DNA of 33,039 nucleotides. Source: a virus. Under the pieces are notes generated by a model. That model was not told the origin of the DNA, did not search any database, and worked only from the letters and a program-made list of their open reading frames with translations. Below, piece by piece: positions 25,301 through 32,424 of this stretch; the stretch's first letter is position 1, and each line of letters starts with the position of its first letter. The position numbers and the translations under genes were made by a program. The DNA lies in IMG/VR virus record IMGVR_UViG_3300025876_000001. One strand, written 5' to 3'.

Positions 25301-26218
25301 TAATAGAATCGCACTTTTGGTGACTTCATTCAATGCTTGTGCGTTTTCAAGCAATTCAGGTTTTGCCGAACCTATTAATTTATATGCTTCAAGAACTGCA
25401 CTTGCACCACCATCAACTTCGATTCCCAATTCCCTTGCTTGTTCTTTAAAGAATTGTAAGTCTTTACCACTTGCACCGGTGATTGCACTTAAATCCGCAA
25501 CCGCTTTGTCAAAATCAATTATTGATTCAACACCACTTCGAACAATTGTTCCAATTCCAAATGCCAATCCCAATTGTGCCAAACCGCCACGCAACTTGTT
25601 TAATGCACCGGTATAATTTCCAACATTTCGAAAGTTGTCACCGACTTGTTTGTCAAGTTTTTTTAATTGTGCATCACCTTGTTGTGCGGATTTTGTGACA
25701 CGTTTATATTGTTGTTCTAATTTATGGTATTGTTTTGTGTTCTTTTTTCCGGTTTGCTCAAGATGTAACAATTCCGCACCCAAAGTTTTTGATTCGTTTT
25801 TTAAATCCCTTGTTGCTTTTACAAGTTGTTTATAGGCATCTTTTTCATCCTTTGCAAGTTTTACCGCTTTTTGCTTTTGCTTGTTGATCCGTTCTTGTTG
25901 CCTATTTTCGGCGGTTTGCGTTCGGATTTTTTGTTGTTTAAGTTTTTCCGATTGTTGTTCGGCAATGGCTTTTTCCTTTTCAAGTTTGATTGTATCGCGT
26001 TGCAAATTGTTCGCTTTCTCGACCATTTGCATAAACTCTTTTAACTCTTTTGCACCGCCAAATTTCGCTTTTGAAATATCGTTTTTTAAGGTTGCACCAA
26101 TCTTTTTGAACTCATCATCGATTTTGTCCAAAGTGACCATTGTCTTTTCCGCACTTTCGCGGATGCCTTGAAAAATATCCTCTTTTTCAAATAATTCGTT
26201 TGCTCTAATCTTTGCCAT
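22388..26218 (-). CDS. tail tape measure protein
   Basis: 1276 aa with long K/E/Q-rich coiled-coil stretches and a central Gly/Ala/hydrophobic region (GLAQLGLAFGIGTIV, WSIAISLAIEFASALW). Preceded by a chaperone-position ORF pair. Confidence 0.9.
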   Translation of the reverse strand: MAKIRANELFEKEDIFQGIRESAEKTMVTLDKIDDEFKKIGATLKNDISKAKFGGAKELKEFMQMVEKANNLQRDTIKLEKEKAIAEQQSEKLKQQKIRTQTAENRQQERINKQKQKAVKLAKDEKDAYKQLVKATRDLKNESKTLGAELLHLEQTGKKNTKQYHKLEQQYKRVTKSAQQGDAQLKKLDKQVGDNFRNVGNYTGALNKLRGGLAQLGLAFGIGTIVRSGVESIIDFDKAVADLSAITGASGKDLQFFKEQARELGIEVDGGASAVLEAYKLIGSAKPELLENAQALNEVTKSAILLSQASGLDLPEASKNLTSALNQFKAPAEESAKFVNVLANGAKFGSAEIPQITDALLKFGGVADGFNVSIEESVAMIELLKPSFKESAEVGTALRNIMLKMSAPEGTPKLAKEFAKAGINVEKLSDKSLTFEERVRTLLPLLEDENALVKVFGAENIVGAKAMLTQVDAISEMENKMHTLGTAQEQANTRTQTLGHALTELKNAFTDLFLGITDGENSMQGFTTFIQWIATNLPQIVSVVYKLIRAFVVYKASLIALNTIQKVYRMGLSGIGQAIMRNIPLTKQYNKEQKRLVKLKKEGITETNRFSNALKGVGWSIAISLAIEFASALWDAVSGAKELRAEEERRNKQNSLNEAQTRKSQDVADAVTKKILERKEEEFRKNDLLIRQKKLDANTQKEKNKLTKEGLQNQADIVTGLKNETLQLKNKADAELTNLKLALKNAKNATKTVPNYVYNAQRDVLVKSGTRTISARDPVKIASLTARVGAKPVEIQALTDLYGELKKNEEELILQVKEEIVQRDALNRTTTKGVSTSTETIKTFNTQLKDTNDYLSRQIDLQQQLIQIEQDRELITSQKDIDAEFERQLKLIEETGKFDANLLNQMIQEKTKLEKGFIDQRVQYEMDAVDRKIEQTEQKEMDALIKERDRLLGQKDITIDAIDKINADFDIKDDELVEEQTQRRKDAETEKLIIHEQGINDKKELDNEALESFEDYNQQLVDSSTDADKKIFETTDALVKASADYFIKQSNRKIDAIEEEISMAEKQADTLRTLAEQGNIDAKESLAEQQKIIAEGNRKKLEEQQRQQRIQLAQSVFSTYNSKIQSNSKNPLAETIRDTQVLNQFIQSLPTFESGIDDTGTNGRGIDGKGGFLSVLHPNERVVPKALNEQIGGLTNDELSNLAMEYQNGKIVRSDSQVSSALELAVLVNRLDNLTQVIQDKPETNIQLGEITQGAMEIVKSTKQGNTIVYNRYKVK

Positions 26219-26711
26219 TGCTTTGTTTATTAAATCGTTCGTATTCGCGAACCAAATTAAAATATTCTTTTGCCTTTATTTTTTTTATGTCAATCCATTG
26301 TCCCATCCATTTTGATAAATGAATCAATGTTTGTTCAATCGTTATTCCTGAACCGGCGTTTGCCATCATGCCGTTTAATTTTGTTATTTGCATATCAATC
26401 AAAGTCATTTTGAATCGGTCACGTTTTTCGACAAATTCACATTGTAGGATTGCTTTTTTTCGCATTGATTCCAACAACTTTGTGTGTAATTTACCAAGAC
26501 CGAATTCCTTAATGTATTGGTCATATATACCCAACCAATGTGATTCATCCAATTTATTCGTTCCTGACTTACTTTTTCGTACAAATTCATATTCACCTTT
26601 TTGACATTTGATAAAATTATGCAAAGGAATTTCATCTAATTCCGAGTAATATTCGTGCTTCGTTGATGTATTTTTCCTTAACCTTTTGAGCCAATTTATC
26701 TTTATTTTCAT
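26205..26711 (-). CDS. tail assembly chaperone-position ORF B (168 aa from ATG 26711; TTG 26624 is an alternative start)
   Basis: Overlaps ORF A by 80 nt, in the +1 frame relative to A. Its frame opens only one codon upstream of its ATG. Confidence 0.5.
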   Translation of the reverse strand: MKIKINWLKRLRKNTSTKHEYYSELDEIPLHNFIKCQKGEYEFVRKSKSGTNKLDESHWLGIYDQYIKEFGLGKLHTKLLESMRKKAILQCEFVEKRDRFKMTLIDMQITKLNGMMANAGSGITIEQTLIHLSKWMGQWIDIKKIKAKEYFNLVREYERFNKQSNGKD

Positions 26712-27099
26712 CCGTTAATCCTAAAATTGATTCCTTTGAAATATTATTCCGAACCCACCAATTTTCATTTTCCATTTTAATCGTGTCCGCTTCGATTTCA
26801 AAAACTTGTTTTCCTACAAAAATAACAAATGAATTGTAAAAATCACCGGTGTCAAAAAGTGTGTAATGTGTTCCGGCTACTTTTTGCGGATTCATCATTT
26901 CGGTTGCTTCCGAATACGTTCCAATAACATCACCGGTTTCATCAATACCTTTTTTGAATAATTGGTCTTGCCGAACCAAATCCATAATCCATCGTTTAAA
27001 AGGTTCATTTTGAAATACTCGCAACCATACCAAATCCGCGTTCAATGTTTCCACACGCCGGATCAAATAACCGATTGCCGTATCACCAAATAAACTCAT
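26632..27099 (-). CDS. tail assembly chaperone-position ORF A (155 aa)
   Basis: Sits between the major tail protein and the tape measure. ATGA-coupled to the upstream small gene. Confidence 0.55.
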   Translation of the reverse strand: MSLFGDTAIGYLIRRVETLNADLVWLRVFQNEPFKRWIMDLVRQDQLFKKGIDETGDVIGTYSEATEMMNPQKVAGTHYTLFDTGDFYNSFVIFVGKQVFEIEADTIKMENENWWVRNNISKESILGLTDENKDKLAQKVKEKYINEARILLGIR

Positions 27100-27302
27100 T
27101 TTTTACGTTGAATTTTTTTTAATTTCTTTTTGTTTATGCTTTTCGCCTTTTTTTGTGGTTGCATTTTTTCGGCTTTGTAAACCTCGCCACTACTGACTTT
27201 TTTACTTTCTCGCGTTTTTGATAGTAAGATACTAACGAAAAAGGAAAGTTGTTTAAATCGCTTAAAAATGACCTTAAATGGAATTTTTAATTTTGCAAAC
27301 AT
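27096..27302 (-). CDS. very basic 68-aa protein
   Basis: Hydrophobic N-terminal half (LSFFVSILL) and a Lys-rich tail KKAKSINKKKLKKIQRKK. ATGA coupling downstream supports that it is translated. Confidence 0.4.
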   Translation of the reverse strand: MFAKLKIPFKVIFKRFKQLSFFVSILLSKTRESKKVSSGEVYKAEKMQPQKKAKSINKKKLKKIQRKK

Positions 27303-27326
27303 TTTATCAATTTTTTTAGTTTTTGT

Positions 27327-27358
27327 AAAAAAGGGGTGACGAAAATCACCACCCCTTT
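27327..27358 (-). terminator. rho-independent terminator downstream of the major tail protein gene
   Basis: Minus-strand RNA: AAAGGGGUG-(11-nt loop)-CACCCCUUU followed by further U residues. Located 20 nt after the stop at 27379. Confidence 0.7.
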
Positions 27359-27378
27359 CAACTACTTATGTGTCAAAA

Positions 27379-28287
27379 TTAAACCGCCGTAAATGTCAAT
27401 TTACCCTCGAAACCATCTTTCGATGTTCTAAATTCATAAACATCACCAACCGATAATCCAACCAATGTGATTGAATATGTTCCATCGGGTGCTTCAGAAA
27501 CCCCACCTACTGCGAGGGGAACAACCGCACCGGTTGAATCGTAAATGTCCCAATCCGATGGTGAACCGGCACCTTTATATTTTAAAGGATTGTACGCCGT
27601 TCCATAGTCAAATGTCGCGGTTGTCACAAGTGTTGTTGCACTCAATGAATCTTCCGTTAAATTAACATCAACCAAACCATCAAGGTCATTGAAATTTATT
27701 CCGGCTTCTTCAGGTGTTACCATATACATCGTTGATTCATCAAACAATCTATCAACGTCAAAACCAACCATTAGTTTTTGAACAGTTGAATCCGTTGCAA
27801 ACATAAAACGCGGATCAAACGATGGATTGTCAACCGGTATTGGATAAAGATACCCATCCGCTTTTGAACCAATTAAATTTCCATTTACATCAACAATGTA
27901 AACACCGAAATCAACACATCGATTCAATTGTAGTTTTCCAAGCAATGTTGGTGTCGAATCCTCCGACCATAATTCGCCCGAAAAACTTCTTTTCCCTTGA
28001 CGCAAAAACGCCATTTTTCCTGAATTTGCTTCCTCAAATTGTGAATCCGCTTTTGGCAATTCCACATTTTCAAATGCACCAATTGGAAACCATCTTTTCG
28101 ATGAATCCGTTTCATTTATTAAATTCGACCAAACCGGAACACTTGCCGATAAATCAAGACCATTTAACGTCCCATCATTTGCTTTTAACGGCACCATGAT
28201 AAGACCACTTGTAACCGAAAAAATCGGCACGCAATTCGGTTGTCCGGTATTAGACAAACCCGCTTCGCAATTACATCCTAAACTCAT
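27379..28287 (-). CDS. major tail protein (assigned by position)
   Basis: 302 aa immediately upstream of the chaperone pair and tape measure, and followed by a strong terminator. The C-terminal ~90 aa look like an Ig-like beta domain (TYSITLVGLSVGDVYEF). Confidence 0.55.
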   Translation of the reverse strand: MSLGCNCEAGLSNTGQPNCVPIFSVTSGLIMVPLKANDGTLNGLDLSASVPVWSNLINETDSSKRWFPIGAFENVELPKADSQFEEANSGKMAFLRQGKRSFSGELWSEDSTPTLLGKLQLNRCVDFGVYIVDVNGNLIGSKADGYLYPIPVDNPSFDPRFMFATDSTVQKLMVGFDVDRLFDESTMYMVTPEEAGINFNDLDGLVDVNLTEDSLSATTLVTTATFDYGTAYNPLKYKGAGSPSDWDIYDSTGAVVPLAVGGVSEAPDGTYSITLVGLSVGDVYEFRTSKDGFEGKLTFTAV

Positions 28288-28352
28288 AATTTTATTTTTT
28301 TTAGAGTATTAGTATTAAAATTTTTGGTTATCAGGTGACCACCCTTTGTGAA

Positions 28353-29042
28353 TTAACATTTGCAATTCACTTTGTATTTTGTCAAATTAACTCGTAATTC
28401 CACACCACTTAAATTTGCATCAAGTATGTTTTGAAACATTCCGTTGTCTTGTTCAACACCGAATCTTGAAAATGTAATCAATTCCCATTCATCAAGTGTT
28501 GCAAATTGTCGATTCTTTTGAATGACTTCAATGAACTCCATTGCTAAATTTTGCATCGGATAAACAACATTCTCGCGATGGTCTTTTGTGTAATAATTCC
28601 GAATATCGGTTTCATCCAAAAAAAACAATCGAATGTTGCTTTCAAAGTCAATCGTGTTTCCGCGACCAAATTTTTGCACACGAATGATTTCAAGCAACCA
28701 CGCCAACGGCGTTTTTTCGGTCAAGTTGTTTGAACTCAATGTCCATTCATTGTTGGTTGCAATCTTTGTTCCTGATATATAAAAAGGACTTGAAAGATAA
28801 ATCACACCATTCAACGGATCAAGATTTGCCGGATCAACCGGTGTTGCCTTTATCCACTCATCGATTTCAATTTCCGTTACACGATATTCGCGTCCAATGT
28901 CATCCGAAACAATTTTGCCGACACGCGACCATTTTGTTTTGCAAACATTTGTTCGTTCATTTATCGCATCCCATACACCATCAATCGTGTTGTCGATGTC
29001 TGAAATCAAACCATTGATGATTTGTGTGATTTCTTTTGTCAT
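28353..29042 (-). CDS. head-tail joining / tail completion-position protein (229 aa from ATG 29042)
   Basis: Lies between the capsid and tail-tube genes. ATG 29042 forms an ATGA overlap, whereas the track start at 29048 is a TTG. Confidence 0.5.
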   Translation of the reverse strand: MTKEITQIINGLISDIDNTIDGVWDAINERTNVCKTKWSRVGKIVSDDIGREYRVTEIEIDEWIKATPVDPANLDPLNGVIYLSSPFYISGTKIATNNEWTLSSNNLTEKTPLAWLLEIIRVQKFGRGNTIDFESNIRLFFLDETDIRNYYTKDHRENVVYPMQNLAMEFIEVIQKNRQFATLDEWELITFSRFGVEQDNGMFQNILDANLSGVELRVNLTKYKVNCKC

Positions 29043-29788
29043 ATCCAATATGCCGTTCCTTTGTCAATACCATTATAATCTGAAAAATCACCCTTTCCAA
29101 CATAGGAAATTGTAATCGTTCCATCATTGTTTCCGCCAACGATTGTCAATGTTTCGCCAACTTTGTAACCTTTTCCGACCTTGTTAATCGTGACCGAATC
29201 AATTACACCACCGGTTTCAACAATATCAACCGAACATCCTGAACCACTTCCGCCGGTTGTCGCAACATCCGTTGATGTTGTGTAACCACTTCCGGCATTG
29301 TTCAACGCTATTGTGACCACTTGACCAATTGCCAACGAACCATTCAGTAACATATAGTTACGAATGTTTTGATACGTTGTAATCGATTCGTTATATCTTG
29401 CATACATCATCGTTTGCAAGGTGTTCACAACAACTGAATTTTCGGTTGTTTGTTGTACGTTTCCAAATGGTGTTTGTTGATTCATCAAATCCTTTGCATA
29501 CTCGAAATAAATAAACCCTTTTAACATATCTAAAATTCCACGACTTTCAATCATGTAATAAAGATTTTCATCAACATAAAGCGGATCAAACACCAATTTA
29601 AAGTTCGGTGATTGCGGAATGTTTGAATCCAAATCGGACACGAAAGCATTATATAAATCAACTCCGAAAAGTTGACGCAAATATTGTTGTTCGTATCTTT
29701 CAATATATTCAGTCAACTTATTTGTTGAATACATTCCGGTACTTAATTCCCACTTATTAATGAAATCCGATGTTGTTATTAGAGCCAT
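29039..29788 (-). CDS. head-tail connector-position protein with a C-terminal Gly-rich repeat domain (249 aa)
   Basis: N-terminal YIERYEQQYLRQLFGVDLYNAF resembles head-tail adaptor N-termini. C-terminus has paired G.GY-type repeats (AGSGYTTSTDVATTGGSGSG...KVGKGYKVGETLTIVGG). Confidence 0.45.
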   Translation of the reverse strand: MALITTSDFINKWELSTGMYSTNKLTEYIERYEQQYLRQLFGVDLYNAFVSDLDSNIPQSPNFKLVFDPLYVDENLYYMIESRGILDMLKGFIYFEYAKDLMNQQTPFGNVQQTTENSVVVNTLQTMMYARYNESITTYQNIRNYMLLNGSLAIGQVVTIALNNAGSGYTTSTDVATTGGSGSGCSVDIVETGGVIDSVTINKVGKGYKVGETLTIVGGNNDGTITISYVGKGDFSDYNGIDKGTAYWI

Positions 29789-30111
29789 TATTTTTTCCTT
29801 TTTCCAAATTTAGATTTGAGCCACAATTTTAAAACCTTTCCGGTCACTTTCCACACTTGATTCTTTTTCATGAAAGACGCATCCCCATTTGCGACAAAGT
29901 CATAAATGCCATCGTTATCAATATCAACTTCCAATGTGTATTCGTCACCCTTTTTTGAATAGTGTGCATCAAATTTTTTGGTATCAATATCAAATTCGAC
30001 ATCACCATTTTCATCCCTATCAAATTCAACATCAACATTTTTCGTGTCGACCTTTACATTGACCGGTTTCTTTTTTCTTGACTTGTTTTTTATTGGTTTT
30101 TTACTTTCCAT
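29788..30111 (-). CDS. hypothetical 107-aa protein with basic termini and an acidic repeat core
   Basis: KKPIKNKSRKKKP at the N-terminus and KSKFGKRKK at the C-terminus flank VDVEFDRDENGDVEFDID. Directly follows the capsid gene. Confidence 0.5.
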   Translation of the reverse strand: MESKKPIKNKSRKKKPVNVKVDTKNVDVEFDRDENGDVEFDIDTKKFDAHYSKKGDEYTLEVDIDNDGIYDFVANGDASFMKKNQVWKVTGKVLKLWLKSKFGKRKK

Positions 30112-30130
30112 GATGTGTGTTTAAAAGTTA

Positions 30131-31348
30131 TTAAGGTGCTAAAATTAAATCAATATCATCACTAATATCACCATAAACAAACGCCGGTTTTTGATTGTTT
30201 TTCACATATGACACCAATCTTGCTTCCGCCAAAATTGTTATCATGTTTCTTGTGAAATCATCCGCATCAAGACCAACACTCATATTGATGTTGTTTCTGA
30301 ATTTTACGTTCACTTTGCTTAAATCACCAACAAGATAATTTCCGGCAGTCATATAAGTTGAACTAATTACACGCATTCCGGCGATAATCATTTCACCATC
30401 ACCACTTTGTGTTGGTAAATACATTGGATATGTATATGTTGAATCCGAACCTTTCGTCAATTGAATTGTCGCGATATCTTGTGGATTCAAAACAACGTGT
30501 GTTGGTGTGAAATTAACCGCTTCAATTTGTGCCTTTACACATCTTAATAAATCGGAAATGTTCGCATCCTGAATTGCGTTTGCAAATACACCCGCACCGA
30601 ATGTTGGTAATCCCATAGATGCGTCCAAAAGACCATTGATTGATGTACCACCCGCACCATTCAATAATGCGTTTTCGATTGATTCACGAACTCCCGACAT
30701 TAAATCGTTGTTTATTTCACCACGAATGAATGATAAATCTTCCAACATTTCTTTTGAAACTTTCACATAAGTTGCTAATTTCTTAACTTCCTCCGAAATT
30801 TCTGACCATGTTGGTTCGCTTTCAGTTTTTGCGACACCCTCGCCAACCCATCTTCCATCGGAATCTGCGGTTTGTTGAACATATGTAACGAACTTTGAAT
30901 CCGTTGCACCGGTGTTGACATTTTCGAGAATTCCGTAACGATTACGAACCGTTCTATCAACTTCCGAATCAAAATCAGTTAAAGCATAATCACCGGTATA
31001 ATCCGCGATTGTTGTATCCTTTACAGAAAGACTAATTTTTGTCCCTTTTTCAACCGCATCCTTGATTTTTTCGATGTTGTCGGTGTAGGTTTTTGCAATT
31101 GCTTTTCCTAATGAAAGTTTTTCCAATTTAGGTTCAACCGCTTTTTCACTCATTGCCTCAATTCTTCCTTCGAATTTTGCAATACTTTTTTCAATGTCCT
31201 GATTCTTTGCCTCAAGACCTTTTAATGCTTCCAACTCCTCTTTTAATGCTTTCACATCATCGTTCGTTGGCACATTTGTCATTTTTTCCGTAAACATTCC
31301 ATCTAATTTTTCGATGACTTGTTCCGGTGTTAAATTTGTGTTTTCCAC
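30131..31348 (-). CDS. major capsid protein, HK97 fold, with an N-terminal delta/scaffold-like coiled coil
   Basis: 405 aa immediately after the prohead protease. The first ~90 aa form a coiled coil (DDVKALKEELEALKGLEAKNQDIEKSIAKFEGRIEAM), as in HK97-type capsid proteins. Start is a GTG. Confidence 0.85.
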   Translation of the reverse strand: MENTNLTPEQVIEKLDGMFTEKMTNVPTNDDVKALKEELEALKGLEAKNQDIEKSIAKFEGRIEAMSEKAVEPKLEKLSLGKAIAKTYTDNIEKIKDAVEKGTKISLSVKDTTIADYTGDYALTDFDSEVDRTVRNRYGILENVNTGATDSKFVTYVQQTADSDGRWVGEGVAKTESEPTWSEISEEVKKLATYVKVSKEMLEDLSFIRGEINNDLMSGVRESIENALLNGAGGTSINGLLDASMGLPTFGAGVFANAIQDANISDLLRCVKAQIEAVNFTPTHVVLNPQDIATIQLTKGSDSTYTYPMYLPTQSGDGEMIIAGMRVISSTYMTAGNYLVGDLSKVNVKFRNNINMSVGLDADDFTRNMITILAEARLVSYVKNNQKPAFVYGDISDDIDLILAP

Positions 31349-31376
31349 GTTTTTAAGTTTTAAAATTTAAAATTAT

Positions 31377-32126
31377 TTATTTGTTCATCTTTTGCACAAC
31401 GGCATTCCAATCAAATGGTTTGATAATCTCTTCTGACTTGATTTCGTTTGATTGGTCAATGACCGGATCATTCGTTGCAAGTAAAATTAATTGACTATTT
31501 AAATATTTGATTTTCATTTCCAATTCATGCAATCTTTCATCCGTTCCTTTTCCGTTTGTAATGGCACGAATGCAAAGATTTAAATCGTTTGTTATCTTTT
31601 GAATGTGGTCGGTTTTTTCTTGACCTTTCATTCCGACAACGTGTGTGTGTTCATTTGAACCAAAGGTGACCGCCGAACCCTCCCAAAGAATAAGTTCTTT
31701 AATCTCGTTATATCCCCCACCTTTTATTGTATCATCTTTTACGAACTTTATTTTGTCCGGTATGTATTGAAATCCGATTGAATGTTCCTTGATAATACCA
31801 TCCTGATAATCCATGAATGCATCATCACCATCGGTTGAACGACCAAGTTGACCAACGGCATAAAGACCGAAATCATCTTCCGCCAATTCAACAAATTTTC
31901 CGATTTGCTTTTCCCAATCATGATGACGTAAAAAAGCAATCTTTCGATTTGACGTTGATTTTATTCCGCGTTCTTTTAAGGATTTTTTAAATGCACCTTT
32001 TTTGATGATGTCCATGTCGGAATCAATTGCATCAAATTTTGAAAGATACACCGCCACTTGCCTTGATCCGGTGTCAATATCTTTTATTTCAAAAGATTCC
32101 TTTAAATTGTAAAAGTTGTTTTTCAT
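31377..32126 (-). CDS. HK97-family prohead protease (S78/U35)
   Basis: FLRHHDWEKQIGKFVELAEDDFGLYAVGQL...DGIIKEHSIGFQYI...LWEGSAVTFGSNEHT matches the conserved His/Ser blocks of the HK97 gp4 family. Confidence 0.85.
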   Translation of the reverse strand: MKNNFYNLKESFEIKDIDTGSRQVAVYLSKFDAIDSDMDIIKKGAFKKSLKERGIKSTSNRKIAFLRHHDWEKQIGKFVELAEDDFGLYAVGQLGRSTDGDDAFMDYQDGIIKEHSIGFQYIPDKIKFVKDDTIKGGGYNEIKELILWEGSAVTFGSNEHTHVVGMKGQEKTDHIQKITNDLNLCIRAITNGKGTDERLHELEMKIKYLNSQLILLATNDPVIDQSNEIKSEEIIKPFDWNAVVQKMNK

Positions 32127-32137
32127 CTTATAATGTT

Positions 32138-32401
32138 TTATTCAATTACCGGTTCGGGTTCTGTCCATTCAGGACTTGACATCAACGTCAAACATTCCGC
32201 ATGACTTAATGTTTCAACCGGAACAATCGTTCCATCGATTATGAATGTCGGTTCGTGTTCTTGTTCGTATTTCAAAACAAACAATGTTTCATCAAGACTT
32301 TTTCGAATTGTGTTTTCACTTGTTTCACCAACTTGTGAAAAGTCTACATTGAGCAAGTCCGCATTGTTTACAATTATGTATGTGTCCGGTAAATGTGACA
32401 T
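32138..32401 (-). CDS. hypothetical acidic protein (87 aa)
   Basis: ATG start. Lies between the LamG gene and the protease. No motif recognised. Confidence 0.5.
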   Translation of the reverse strand: MSHLPDTYIIVNNADLLNVDFSQVGETSENTIRKSLDETLFVLKYEQEHEPTFIIDGTIVPVETLSHAECLTLMSSPEWTEPEPVIE

Positions 32402-32424
32402 ATTTTATTTTTTAATTATTGTTT

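Noticed and set aside
26632-26711. Canonical -1 programmed frameshift (gpG/gpGT type) in the chaperone overlap
   Set aside because: ORF B is in the +1 frame relative to ORF A, and I see no X XXY YYZ slippery heptamer. Only a non-canonical event or independent initiation is possible (reported as a finding).
3422-31939. Short minus-strand ORFs nested out of frame inside larger genes (3422..3637, 4053..4238, 5158..5361, 9754..10023, 15027..15212, 18647..18868, 22942..23220, 26405..26635, 27924..28115, 30775..30972, 31748..31939)
   Set aside because: They overlap completely with genes that have clear family motifs (TerL, TerS, methyltransferase, amidase, tape measure, capsid, protease) and have no independent support.
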